Assembly: GCA_014075295.1 (NCBI GenBank)
Contig: CP046180.1
Span: forward strand, 791,945 to 855,944
Direction of reading: 5' to 3'
Origin: Candidatus Mycalebacterium zealandia
GTDB lineage: Bacteria; Desulfobacterota_D; UBA1144; Nemesobacterales; Mycalebacteriaceae
Length of the DNA stretch: 64,000 nt
Shown here: positions 21,387 through 31,114 of the stretch, piece by piece
Layout: each line of letters starts with the position of its first letter
Numbering within the stretch: position 1 is the stretch's first letter
Position numbers and translations under genes: made by a program
The notes under the pieces: model-generated
Seen by the model: only the letters and a program-made list of their open reading frames with translations
Told to the model about the DNA's origin: nothing
Databases searched by the model: none

Positions 21387-22158
21387 CGCTGTTTTCCTCC
21401 TTTTTGTTTTTGTCTTCAGAAGATTGTTTTTCCGGCGTGTTTTCGGCCGGAGAACTTCCTTTTTCAGATTCAGATTCTTCTTTTTTTGCCTCGGATGTTT
21501 CCGTTCCTTCGGCTTTCACTTCAGCATTTCCTCCGGAAGCGCTTTCGCCACTGTCCGCTTGCGGAGCGGCCTCTTCTGTTCTTGCATCCGCCGCTTGAGT
21601 TTCTTCAGGTTTGATTTCTGCGGTTTCCTTCGCAGGTTCTTCAGCATCTTTTTTCTGTTTCAAGGATTCAAGGGCGTAGTAAACTCCGGAACGCATGCGG
21701 TCAAGAGCGCCGACGAAGTTCGAAAGCGGAGTCGCGAGAGTGGAAGCGAATATGGATATAAGCGTCTGCCTTGAGGGCAGTTTTGCAATCTCTTCAATCT
21801 CCTCAAAGCCGCAAACTTTGCCGTCAATAAGACCGCCTTTAACAACAATCTGCTCAAACTGCTTGCGCGCCTGAGTGAAAACTTTTGCGGTCGCCGGGAA
21901 TTCTTCGCCACATATGGCAATTGCGGTCGGACCCGCAAAAAGGTCCTTGATTTTCTCAACCTCAGTGCCTTCGCATGCCTTGAGAAGAAATTTATTCTTC
22001 ACAACACGCAGTTCCGCATCCGTATCTTTCACCTGTTCTCTGACAGACTGCATACTATTGACGTTAAGCCCTCTGTATTCAATCACAAAAACTGAAACCG
22101 GATTTTTAAAAACTTCCGACAGTTCTTCTATGATTTGTTTTTTCTCTTCCCTCTGCAT
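21379..22158 (-). CDS. rplJ: 50S ribosomal protein L10 with ~85-aa acidic C-terminal extension
   Basis: [31 protein letters not shown]; position between rplA and rplL. Confidence 0.96.
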   Translation of the reverse strand: MQREEKKQIIEELSEVFKNPVSVFVIEYRGLNVNSMQSVREQVKDTDAELRVVKNKFLLKACEGTEVEKIKDLFAGPTAIAICGEEFPATAKVFTQARKQFEQIVVKGGLIDGKVCGFEEIEEIAKLPSRQTLISIFASTLATPLSNFVGALDRMRSGVYYALESLKQKKDAEEPAKETAEIKPEETQAADARTEEAAPQADSGESASGGNAEVKAEGTETSEAKKEESESEKGSSPAENTPEKQSSEDKNKKEENSDG

Positions 22159-22883
22159 TAAATTCTTCCCGCAAACGCTTTTATTTCTTCCTTGATACTG
22201 ACGAGATCAACATTGATGGACGGCCCCATTGTGTTTGATATGCTCACCTTTTTGAAAAAATCACCCTTTGAAGAAGCAGGCTTCATCTTGTTGAGCGAGT
22301 AAAGCATAAAAACCAGATTCTCCTTTATCTTGGAGACCTCAAATGAACTTTTCCCGAGCGGAGCATGGACAACGCTGCCTTTGTCATTTTTGAACTCTAT
22401 TCTTCCGCCTTTTGACTGTTTAACCACTGTGGCAATTTCATTTGTTACGGTGCCCATTTTGGGAGCCGGCATCAAACCTCTCGGACCAAGAAACTTTCCG
22501 AGCTTGCCAACTTCCGACATAACATCGGGGGTCGCGATTGCAACATCAAATTCAAGCCAGTTTTCCTTTTCAATTTTTTCCACAAGATCTTCAAAACCGG
22601 CATAGTCCGCGCCCGCCTCTTTCGCTTCGGCGGCTTTTGCGTCTTTGGCAAAAACAAGCACTCTGACATTCTTGCCCGTGCCATGAGGCAGAACAAGGGA
22701 CCCTCTTATCTGCTGGTCCGCGTTTTTAGAGTCAATTCCGAGTTTGACCGCGATGTCCACGGAACCGTCAAACTTCGCCGCGCTTGTTTGAGGAATCAAA
22801 TCAACCGCCTCTTCAACACTGTAAACGGACTGATTACCAATCTTTTCGCGTAACTCCGCGTATCTTTTACCTCTTTTTGCCAT
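22158..22883 (-). CDS. rplA: 50S ribosomal protein L1
   Basis: LPHGTGK, LGPRGLMPAPKMGTV, SNTMGPS. Confidence 0.99.
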   Translation of the reverse strand: MAKRGKRYAELREKIGNQSVYSVEEAVDLIPQTSAAKFDGSVDIAVKLGIDSKNADQQIRGSLVLPHGTGKNVRVLVFAKDAKAAEAKEAGADYAGFEDLVEKIEKENWLEFDVAIATPDVMSEVGKLGKFLGPRGLMPAPKMGTVTNEIATVVKQSKGGRIEFKNDKGSVVHAPLGKSSFEVSKIKENLVFMLYSLNKMKPASSKGDFFKKVSISNTMGPSINVDLVSIKEEIKAFAGRI

Positions 22884-22889
22884 TGCCCC

Positions 22890-23306
22890 CTACTCCACGT
22901 CAATCCCGATGCTTCTCGCACTTCCGAGAATTATGTTTCTCGCCGCCTCAATGTCTTTCGTGTTCAAGTCCTGCATCTTTTTTTCCGCTATTTCATCAAC
23001 CTGCTTCATCGTAACTGTGCCAACTTTCTCCCTTGGGACATTGGCAGAGCCTTTGTCCACATTCGCTGCTTTTTTGAGAAAATACGAAACCGGCGGCGCC
23101 TTAATCTCGAGGGAAAAAGATTTATCCTTGTAAACCGTTATAACAACCGGAAGCAAACCCTCTTTGCCGGCGGTTTGTTCATTAAAAGCCTTACAAAACT
23201 CCATTATGTTAATCCCCTTCTGACCAAGCGCAGGGCTTATCTGCGGGGAAGGAGATGCTTTGCCCGCAGGAACAAGTAATTTAAGATATCCGCCTATTTC
23301 TTTCAT
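22890..23306 (-). CDS. rplK: 50S ribosomal protein L11
   Basis: [35 protein letters not shown]. Confidence 0.98.
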   Translation of the reverse strand: MKEIGGYLKLLVPAGKASPSPQISPALGQKGINIMEFCKAFNEQTAGKEGLLPVVITVYKDKSFSLEIKAPPVSYFLKKAANVDKGSANVPREKVGTVTMKQVDEIAEKKMQDLNTKDIEAARNIILGSARSIGIDVE

Positions 23307-23307
23307 T

Positions 23308-23874
23308 TTACATTTGCTCTATTTGATTAAAGTCCAACTCTATCGGGGTTGACCTGCCGAAAATACTTACGGAAATAAGAACCTTGCCTTTTTCCGGATT
23401 GATTTCCCTAATCACTCCCGAGAGGTTGGCAAAGGGACCTTCCACGACTTGAACGGTCTCGCCCTGCTCAAAAGATATGTTGAGTTTCGGCTTGAGAGTA
23501 CCCTCTTGAATCTGGCTTTTCAGTTTTACAATCTCTTCGTCTTCAATGGCTGAAACTAACGCAGGGTCTATTCTGCCACTTTTTATCTCCTCGCCAACAA
23601 AGCCGTTAACCCTCGGAATTTCTTTGATGAAATGCCAAGTCTGCTCTTTCATTTCCATGTTTACAAGCACGTAGCCCGGGAAAAACATCTTCTCTGAAGT
23701 TTTTTCCTTGCTGTCTTTTTTTGACTCAACAAGAGTTTCAATCGGAAGCAGGACCTCACCTATCGGCACACCATCTCCCAAAGCGCGCACTTTTTCCTCG
23801 ATAAAAGACTTCACTTTCTTCTCATATCCAGTGCTCACCTGAACCACATACCACTTTCTTTTTGACGTTTCCAT
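23308..23874 (-). CDS. nusG: Transcription elongation factor NusG
   Basis: [42 protein letters not shown]. Confidence 0.98.
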   Translation of the reverse strand: METSKRKWYVVQVSTGYEKKVKSFIEEKVRALGDGVPIGEVLLPIETLVESKKDSKEKTSEKMFFPGYVLVNMEMKEQTWHFIKEIPRVNGFVGEEIKSGRIDPALVSAIEDEEIVKLKSQIQEGTLKPKLNISFEQGETVQVVEGPFANLSGVIREINPEKGKVLISVSIFGRSTPIELDFNQIEQM

Positions 23875-23896
23875 TTTTTTTCAGCTTCCATCCGCA

Positions 23897-24091
23897 TCAA
23901 GACAGTATCAAACCGATCAGTGTTGAGAACAGGTAATCGGCAATCGCAAGAATGACCGTAAACAATACTGAAACGGCAAGCACAATAGCGGTTGCCCTGA
24001 CAGTGCCGGGACGGTCCGGCCACGATATTTTCCAAAACTCAATCTCAACATCTTTCAGATATTGAACAGCCTTTTTCAAGTAATTCTGCAA
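23897..24091 (-). CDS. secE: Preprotein translocase subunit SecE
   Basis: EFWKISWP motif plus one TM helix; located upstream of nusG. Confidence 0.92.
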   Translation of the reverse strand: MQNYLKKAVQYLKDVEIEFWKISWPDRPGTVRATAIVLAVSVLFTVILAIADYLFSTLIGLILS

Positions 24092-24126
24092 CTTTCTTAC
24101 CTACAACCTGACAGACAGCGAAAAAA

Positions 24127-24199
<73 letters not shown>

Positions 24200-24212
24200 T
24201 CCAACCCCTCAG

Positions 24213-25388
24213 CTACTCAATAATTCCAGTAACGACGCCGGCGCCGACAGTTTTGCCTCCCTCCCTTATGGCGAAACGCAACTGCTCCTCCATCGCCACA
24301 GGCGCTATTAACTCAACTTCCACATTTACACTGTCACCCGGCATCACCATCTCAACACCATCGGGCAACTTCACCGAACCCGTTACATCCGTCGTCCGTA
24401 AATAAAACTGAGGCCTGTAACCCGGAAAAAACGGAGTGTGCCTTCCACCCTCCTCCTTCTTCAACACGTACACCTCGGCGGAAAACTTCTTGTGAGGCAT
24501 AATGCTGCCCACTGCCGACAACACCTGCCCTCTCTCAACAGTCTCCTTGTCCACGCCGCGCAACAACACCCCAACGTTGTCACCCGCAACCGCATCGTCC
24601 AGTATCTTGCGGAACATCTCAAGACTCGTCGCAACCGTCTTAACCGTCTCCTTGAATCCCACAATCTCCACCTCGTCACCCGCGTTTATCTTGCCCCTCT
24701 CCACTCTGCCCGTAACAACCGTGCCTCTGCCCGATATAGTGAAAACATCCTCAACAGCCATAATGAACGGCTTGTCAACCTCTCTCACGGGCTCAGGTAC
24801 ATAACTGTCCACCGCACTCATCAACTCTTTAATCTGAGCCGCAGAGTCTCCGTCCCCCTCAAGGGCCTTGAGCGCGCTTACCTTCACTATCGGTATGTCG
24901 TCCCCGGGAAACTTGTACTCATTCAGCAAATCCCGTATCTCAAGCTCAACCAAATCCAAAAGCTCAGGGTCGTCCAGCATGTCAACCTTGTTCAACGCAA
25001 CCACTATCGACGGAACCCCCACCTGACGCGCCAACAGGATGTGCTCCCGCGTCTGAGGCATAGGACCATCCGGCGCGCTTACAACCAGTATCGCACCGTC
25101 CATCTGCGCAGCCCCCGTTATCATGTTCTTCACATAGTCCGCGTGACCGGGACAGTCAACATGCGCGTAGTGCCGTGACTCCGTCTCGTACTCAACATGC
25201 GATATGTTTATCGTTATCCCCCTGTCCTTCTCCTCAGGAGACTTGTCTATGTCCCCAAACTCCACAAACTCCGCCTTGTCCAATACCTTCGTTATCGCAG
25301 CCGTAAGGGTCGTCTTGCCATGATCAACATGACCTATCGTCCCTATATTTAAATGTGGCTTGCCCCTCTCAAACTTCTCTTTAGACAT
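24213..25388 (-). CDS. tuf: Elongation factor Tu
   Basis: [30 protein letters not shown]; 391 aa. Confidence 0.99.
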   Translation of the reverse strand: MSKEKFERGKPHLNIGTIGHVDHGKTTLTAAITKVLDKAEFVEFGDIDKSPEEKDRGITINISHVEYETESRHYAHVDCPGHADYVKNMITGAAQMDGAILVVSAPDGPMPQTREHILLARQVGVPSIVVALNKVDMLDDPELLDLVELEIRDLLNEYKFPGDDIPIVKVSALKALEGDGDSAAQIKELMSAVDSYVPEPVREVDKPFIMAVEDVFTISGRGTVVTGRVERGKINAGDEVEIVGFKETVKTVATSLEMFRKILDDAVAGDNVGVLLRGVDKETVERGQVLSAVGSIMPHKKFSAEVYVLKKEEGGRHTPFFPGYRPQFYLRTTDVTGSVKLPDGVEMVMPGDSVNVEVELIAPVAMEEQLRFAIREGGKTVGAGVVTGIIE

Positions 25389-25439
25389 CTCTTCTTACCT
25401 CCTCAAAATGCCTGCAAATCATAAAAGCCCAATTCCTAC

Positions 25440-25512
<73 letters not shown>

Positions 25513-25525
25513 GGGGCAGTTTCTC

Positions 25526-25599
25526 AGCGGGAGACGGGATTCGAACCCGCGACCCTCAGCTTGGAAGGCTGATGCTCTAGCCAACTGAGCTACTCCCGC
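25526..25599 (-). tRNA. tRNA-Gly(TCC)
   Basis: GCGGGAG acceptor stem, anticodon loop CTTCCAA. Confidence 0.97.
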
Positions 25600-25615
25600 A
25601 GATTGCCAAGACGCA

Positions 25616-25698
25616 TGGGGAGGGTAGGATTCGAACCCACGTAGGCTTACGCCGGCAGATTTACAGTCTGCTGCTTTTGGCCACTCAGCCACCTCCCC
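25616..25698 (-). tRNA. tRNA-Tyr(GTA)
   Basis: GGGGAGG/CCTCCCC acceptor stem, anticodon loop CTGTAAA, long variable arm. Confidence 0.97.
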
Positions 25699-25748
25699 TT
25701 TTTTCAAAACAACAGACATAGCAAAACTCCAACCGTAGGCTCTTTGAC

Positions 25749-25821
25749 AGCTGGCGAAGGGATTCGAACCCCCGACCTGCTGATTACAAATCAGCTGCTC
25801 TGCCAACTGAGCTACGCCAGC
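25749..25821 (-). tRNA. tRNA-Thr(TGT)
   Basis: GCTGGCG acceptor stem, anticodon loop TTTGTAA; completes the thrU-tyrU-glyT-thrT-tuf arrangement. Confidence 0.97.
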
Positions 25822-25859
25822 GGTAAAACATATTCACGCAATACTGACCAAGGAAGCCG

Positions 25860-25887
25860 ATTTTATATGGAAAACAAAAAATGTCAA
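25860..25887 (-). promoter_or_regulatory. Putative sigma70 promoter of the tRNA-tuf operon
   Basis: TTGACA (25887-25882, overlapping fabZ stop), 16-nt spacer, TAAAAT (25865-25860), GC-rich discriminator CGGC. Confidence 0.7.
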
Positions 25888-26327
25888 ACAAAAGAAGCCG
25901 TTATAGAGGCGTCCGCAACTTTTTTGCTGTCCGCAAGAGTGGCAAGCCCTTCAAAAATCATAATTCTGCCACGTTTTTTCGCAAGACTAACGGAAAGTGT
26001 TAATTCCTGACCGGGACCCACAGGTGACCTGAAACGGCACTTTTCAAGCCCAATAAGATAAGCGTTGGAAAACCCCTGTTCTTTGATTTCGTCCGCAAAA
26101 GAAGCCCCTATGAGAACCCCTCCCGCCTGCGCAAGCGCCTCGGTAATTATAACGCCCGGAACAATGGGATTTCCGGGGAAATGTCCCTGAAAGAAAAACT
26201 CATCCGCTCCGAAAGTTTTCAAGGCGTCAATAGAAACCCCTTTTTCAATCTTCATCACAGAGTCAAGAAAAAGAAATGGCTCCCTGTGAGGAATGAATTC
26301 TTTTATCTGTTCTTTATCAAAAACCAC
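25884..26327 (-). CDS. fabZ: 3-hydroxyacyl-ACP dehydratase
   Basis: IPHREPFLFLD, FFQGHFPGNPIVPGVIITEALAQ. Confidence 0.95.
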   Translation of the reverse strand: MVFDKEQIKEFIPHREPFLFLDSVMKIEKGVSIDALKTFGADEFFFQGHFPGNPIVPGVIITEALAQAGGVLIGASFADEIKEQGFSNAYLIGLEKCRFRSPVGPGQELTLSVSLAKKRGRIMIFEGLATLADSKKVADASITASFV

Positions 26328-26330
26328 AGG

Positions 26331-26888
26331 TCAGTATTTTCTATCATACAGGTCTATGATTTGCTCGGTAACATCAACATTGCCCGTTTTGAAAAGAACT
26401 CCCGCGTTGCCGTCCGCGAGAATTAGGGAATATTTCTCGGACTTGCCGAATTCGTTAACAACTTCCTGTATTTCCATCAAAATTTTCCTTTTCATCTCTT
26501 CCTGTTTTCTCCGCAGTTCATCTGAAAAGTCTTCGCGCGCACGCAAGAGGTCTTTCTTTCTCTGTTCAATCTCTTTTGCCTTGCGGCTTAATGTTTCTTC
26601 GTTCATAACGGCGATATTTTTCGTAATATCCTTTTCCATTTTTTCGTACTGGCGGCTCTTTTCATCCAGAATTTCCTGCTTCGCTCTGAACTCTTTTTCA
26701 AAAGAATCACGAACTTTTTTTCCCGCTTTTGAGTGAAGAATTACGCGTTGAACATCAATAGTCGCAACGCGAAAATCAGTTTCCCCGCTCTGAGCCCCCG
26801 CCTGATGGAAAGGAATTGCCGGAGAAACCAGCAAAGCGGCGAATAACGCCAAAATTGAAAAACGTAAATAAAAAACCATCTTAATCAT
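26331..26888 (-). CDS. skp: OmpH/Skp periplasmic chaperone
   Basis: Signal peptide, VATIDVQRV, long coiled coil, DVTEQII; follows bamA. Confidence 0.92.
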   Translation of the reverse strand: MIKMVFYLRFSILALFAALLVSPAIPFHQAGAQSGETDFRVATIDVQRVILHSKAGKKVRDSFEKEFRAKQEILDEKSRQYEKMEKDITKNIAVMNEETLSRKAKEIEQRKKDLLRAREDFSDELRRKQEEMKRKILMEIQEVVNEFGKSEKYSLILADGNAGVLFKTGNVDVTEQIIDLYDRKY

Positions 26889-26914
26889 TGTGCTTCCCTC
26901 CTTGGAAGTACGGG

Positions 26915-29212
26915 TCAGAATGAAGTACCTATTGAGAAATTAACTTGCCTCTTCTCTTCTCCGGAAAGTCTGTCAATCGGATACCCGAATTCTATTTTAA
27001 CAAAACCCAAAGGCGAACGCCACCAAAATCCGTAGCCAAAATCTTTTCGCAGGTCTTGGTAGTTTACTGAAAACTGAAACCCTCTTTCAGAATCAAAAAC
27101 ATTTCCTATATCAAAAAACAGAACGCCATATAAACCAAGAGGCTCAAAAAGCGGGACAACGTAATCAGACTTAATATATATCCGCTCCGTTCCGCCGAGC
27201 GTGCTGTTTCCGCCAGCCGCGATTTCCCTGTAATCAAAACCTCTGAGATTTGACGACCCGCCTAGGAAAAGCCGTTCGTCAATTGCGTGAGAGGTGGAAT
27301 TTCCGCGCAGAAAAACTCTATCATAAGCGACTTTCACTGAAAGAAATGAACCCCGGACAATTGGAACCCATGTATTGCTCTCAATAACCAGTTTTCTCAA
27401 ATCCGTTTCTCCGCCGAAGGGTCCTGAATGTTCATACAAAACCGTTGCCTTGTGTCCGCTTCTTGGAAACTGGAAGTTGTCCCGGCTGTCCCAGGTGAGA
27501 TCCGCTCCGACGGCGCTGAGAATTCCGCTTGAACTCATAATGCCCGACTGAATGGCCGCTTGCGACGGATTTCTTATTTCAAGGTCTTCCCATCTGTAAT
27601 AAATATTTCCCCAGAGTTGCCTGTATAAAGACCTTCCAATCCCGATGGTAAAACCGGTGGATTTTCTATCATAGTCAACGTAATCACGCTCCAGACGGAA
27701 AAGCGAGGTGTTGAAACTCCAGTTTGTGTCAAGAAAGTTCCTGTCGCCGTAACGGAATGTATATGTGTCAGTGATGTTTCCGAAGTTCGCGTTCGCTTCC
27801 AAACTTTTCCCGTAACCGAAAAGGTTTGACTCTTTGATTGAGCCGAAAAAGATAAAATCCTCAACAGAACTCACGCCGGCGCCCAAATTGAACTGAGCAG
27901 TTGAACTTTCCTTCACCCTTACCGTAATATCCAACTCATTTGTGGCACCGGTTTCCGCAGGCTGGGTTGAGACCTCAATCTCCTCGGCTCTGAAAAATCC
28001 CGTTCGCCCCACGAACGGCCTTATCAAAGCAATATCGGCGGATTTATACAAATCCCCTTCAATGATGGGAATCTGTCTTCTTATAACCCTGTCAATGGTC
28101 TTGTCATTGCCGATTACATTGATTCTGTTTATATGGAAAACCTGTCCTTTCTCAACCGAGAAACCCACGCGGACCAAAGGATTCCCGTCAACGGGCTCCT
28201 GCTTTTCCACAGACGGACTGACGTTCACATCGGCATAGCCTTTGTTTGTGTAGAATGCCGTAATAAAGTTGATGTCCGAAGTAAGTTTTGTTCTTCCGAA
28301 CGGCTTGCCCTTTTTGAGTTTCAGGTTGTGAAGAAACTTGTCTTTGTTAAACTCGGGCGGCTCTTCCACTCCTTCAAAAAAGATGTCCGAAACAAAATAT
28401 CTGTCACCTTCTTCTATATCAAAAACAATTTCATAGGAATTTTTCTGTTTGTTGTGTGTAAGTTGCGGCTGTAAAACCTGCGCCTCAAGATACCCCTCAT
28501 TCATGTAAGCAAATCTTATGCGCTCGGAGTCTCTCTCAACCTCATCTCTGACGAAAAGCCCCTTCTGGCCCAAACTGTAAAAACGGCGCGGAGAACTGAA
28601 AATGACTTTGTTGAGATTTTTGGTTTTGATGTTTTCATTTCCGGAAATTTTTACCTTTGAGATGGTTTCTCTCGGGCCTTCCTTAATTTTGTATAAAACG
28701 CTGATTCCACCGGCCGCTTCGGGGTCAACACTGTATGAAACCCGGGCATTGCTGTAGCCCTCTCTGGCGTAAAGATCCATAATGGCAAGTGTTTGCGCGT
28801 GTATGTTTACCGTGCCAACTATCGTCCCTTTTTTGATATTCAATATCTCTTCAATATTGTCATCATCAAGGTTTTTATTGCCCTTGAAAGACAGGTCGAC
28901 AAGCACGGGGTTTTCCTGAAGTTTGTATGTCAGTTTCACCCCCTGTGACGACACTTCCTTCTCAACTCTTACATTGTAGAAATTGCCGGTTGAATGAATT
29001 TTCTTTACGTCTCCGGAGATTTCCGATTCTCTATACTCCCGACCGACCCTCTGCGAAATTAGAACTTCCACCGAATCTCTGCCGAACCTCTTCGCTCCCT
29101 CAATCACAATTTCAGACACCACAGCCGCTTGCGCCGGCGGCGCTATACTTCCCGCGATAAAGAGTGAAAGAAAAACAAAAACCAGTTTTCCCGACAGGCT
29201 CAAACTACGCAT
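26915..29212 (-). CDS. bamA: Outer-membrane protein assembly factor BamA
   Basis: POTRA repeats (GNDKTIDRVIRRQ), LFLGGSSNLRGF, C-terminal FSIGTSF; start taken at ATG 29212. Confidence 0.96.
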   Translation of the reverse strand: MRSLSLSGKLVFVFLSLFIAGSIAPPAQAAVVSEIVIEGAKRFGRDSVEVLISQRVGREYRESEISGDVKKIHSTGNFYNVRVEKEVSSQGVKLTYKLQENPVLVDLSFKGNKNLDDDNIEEILNIKKGTIVGTVNIHAQTLAIMDLYAREGYSNARVSYSVDPEAAGGISVLYKIKEGPRETISKVKISGNENIKTKNLNKVIFSSPRRFYSLGQKGLFVRDEVERDSERIRFAYMNEGYLEAQVLQPQLTHNKQKNSYEIVFDIEEGDRYFVSDIFFEGVEEPPEFNKDKFLHNLKLKKGKPFGRTKLTSDINFITAFYTNKGYADVNVSPSVEKQEPVDGNPLVRVGFSVEKGQVFHINRINVIGNDKTIDRVIRRQIPIIEGDLYKSADIALIRPFVGRTGFFRAEEIEVSTQPAETGATNELDITVRVKESSTAQFNLGAGVSSVEDFIFFGSIKESNLFGYGKSLEANANFGNITDTYTFRYGDRNFLDTNWSFNTSLFRLERDYVDYDRKSTGFTIGIGRSLYRQLWGNIYYRWEDLEIRNPSQAAIQSGIMSSSGILSAVGADLTWDSRDNFQFPRSGHKATVLYEHSGPFGGETDLRKLVIESNTWVPIVRGSFLSVKVAYDRVFLRGNSTSHAIDERLFLGGSSNLRGFDYREIAAGGNSTLGGTERIYIKSDYVVPLFEPLGLYGVLFFDIGNVFDSERGFQFSVNYQDLRKDFGYGFWWRSPLGFVKIEFGYPIDRLSGEEKRQVNFSIGTSF

Positions 29213-29879
29213 CAGCGAGCCTCCCTTCGGAAAGCACAACGGACCTGTCAAACATCGCCGCAAACTCGCGACTGTGAGTGGCAATAACAAGCGTCGTGTT
29301 AAATCTGTCTTTGGCGGAAAAAATCATTTCCGCCACCAAACCTGAAGTTTTAGGATCAAGATTACCGGTCGGCTCATCCGCGAAAAGTACTTTGGGCTCC
29401 ATAACAAGCGCACGCGCTATCGCAACCCTCTGCTGCTCTCCCGCGGACAGCTCATCGGGGAAGCAACCGAATTTATCTCCAAGCCCAACTTGCCCAAGAA
29501 GGGTTTCAGCCCTCTCGTATGACTCAGATTTTTTCATTCCGCAAATCAAACAGGGAAAGCTTGCGTTTTCAAGTGCGGTGAAACCTCCGAGCAAATTATG
29601 AGATTGAAAAACAAATCCCATTTCGCGCCTGACATCAAAGCCGACCGCGTCCCGTTCGGCGCAAAGTTTTTCACCTTTGAAAAAGACCTCTCCGCCGCTT
29701 GGCATTTCCAAAGCTCCAAGCATATTAAGAAGGGTTGTTTTTCCGGAACCGGATTTACCACTGATTGAAACAGTTTCAGCCCGCTTGACAGACAAACTAA
29801 TCCCGTCAACCGCCATAACCGTCTGGCTGTCCTGAATATATTCTTTCTTCAGTTCTCTGGCTTCAATCAATGGGTTCAT
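29205..29879 (-). CDS. lolD: Lipoprotein-releasing ABC transporter ATPase LolD
   Basis: GKSGSGKTT, LSAGEQQRVAIARAL, ADEPTGNLD; start ATG 29879 overlaps upstream stop. Confidence 0.9.
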   Translation of the reverse strand: MNPLIEARELKKEYIQDSQTVMAVDGISLSVKRAETVSISGKSGSGKTTLLNMLGALEMPSGGEVFFKGEKLCAERDAVGFDVRREMGFVFQSHNLLGGFTALENASFPCLICGMKKSESYERAETLLGQVGLGDKFGCFPDELSAGEQQRVAIARALVMEPKVLFADEPTGNLDPKTSGLVAEMIFSAKDRFNTTLVIATHSREFAAMFDRSVVLSEGRLADA

Positions 29880-31114
29880 CAAACTTTCAACTTCGCCGCA
29901 AGGTTTCCCGAACGGACGCAATAAGCCGGATACAAAGAAACCAAAACACACAATAACTGGCTTGATACGCCGATAACAAAGAAATATAAGGGTTCTATCA
30001 TAACAGGGAATTTTGATATTCCATAAACATCAGGGTCAAACGGAATTAGCCCCGAAACAGTCGTGTTGTTTGAGAGCAGTTGGCACACGGCAAGAGCGGT
30101 AGCGGTTCCGAAAAAAGTTCCGGCAAAACCCAAAGCCGCCCCGATAATCACAAAGATGTTTCCGACCTGTTTTCGAGACGCTCCGGCGGCGCGCAAAATA
30201 GCGATGTCTCTGCTTTTTTCAATCATAATCATAAGCAGAACGCTCACAACACTAAGCGAAGCGACAAAAACCATAAATCCCAGAAAAATCGTAAGCCCAA
30301 GTTTTTCCAGACGAAGAGCGGAAAACAGTTTGCTGTTGGCTTCCTGCCAGCTTTGAGCGACAAACGGAAATCCCAGCGCGTCTTCAATCTCGCGCGCCAC
30401 GAGCTCCGAACTCATCGGGTCAGCAACCGCGACTTCAAAAGATGAGGGACCCGGTTTTCCGAAAAACGTAAACGCATCCGCCAGTTTTATGTATGAAATG
30501 GTTGAATCGTAGTGAGCCGTTCCGTATTTGAAAACTCCCGCCACTTCAAAAGTTTTCATCTTCGGCCTTTTTTTCAAAGCATCTTTTTTGTCAGGAGATG
30601 ACACAAAGGTTATCTCATCACCCTTCTCAACACCGAGTGAACCCGCAAGCCCGTAGCCAAGAACTATCGGAGGCGCATTAGGATGAAATTTCTCCAGAGC
30701 GGAAACCCCGCCGCGGGATTGTGAAAAAAGAGACGGAAAAGCGCTCCGGTGTCGTGAGGGGTTTATGCCGGTTGAAGCCGTGCCGTGAGAGCCGCTCGCG
30801 GACACAAGCAGCCCGGTTCCGTAAACAACGGGCGAAACTCCGGTTACCCCCGCGACTTTGACAATTTTCTCCGCCGCGAGAGCGTGCTCGGTAATGGAGC
30901 CGTCATAAGCTGAAACAAGAATGTGAGGAGACGCTCCGATAATGGTTTTGCTCAGTTCGGTCTGAAAGCCCAACATCACGGCGAGAACAATGTTAAGGGA
31001 AAAAACCCCGATGCTTATTCCAACAACCGAAATCAAGACTGTTGAAAATATGGCGCGGACTTTTTTTTGTAAGCGTAAAAATCTTGACGCGACAAGAAGC
31101 TCAAACATTTTCAA
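29879..31114 (-). CDS. lolE: Lipoprotein-releasing ABC permease LolC/E family
   Basis: N-terminal TM, periplasmic domain, [17 protein letters not shown]-terminal TMs ending SLYPA. Confidence 0.9.
   Translation of the reverse strand: MKMFELLVASRFLRLQKKVRAIFSTVLISVVGISIGVFSLNIVLAVMLGFQTELSKTIIGASPHILVSAYDGSITEHALAAEKIVKVAGVTGVSPVVYGTGLLVSASGSHGTASTGINPSRHRSAFPSLFSQSRGGVSALEKFHPNAPPIVLGYGLAGSLGVEKGDEITFVSSPDKKDALKKRPKMKTFEVAGVFKYGTAHYDSTISYIKLADAFTFFGKPGPSSFEVAVADPMSSELVAREIEDALGFPFVAQSWQEANSKLFSALRLEKLGLTIFLGFMVFVASLSVVSVLLMIMIEKSRDIAILRAAGASRKQVGNIFVIIGAALGFAGTFFGTATALAVCQLLSNNTTVSGLIPFDPDVYGISKFPVMIEPLYFFVIGVSSQLLCVLVSLYPAYCVRSGNLAAKLKV

Noticed and set aside
24438-25178. 246-aa antisense ORF over tuf
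   Set aside because: Shadow frame expected from tuf codon bias; no recognisable motifs or start signals.
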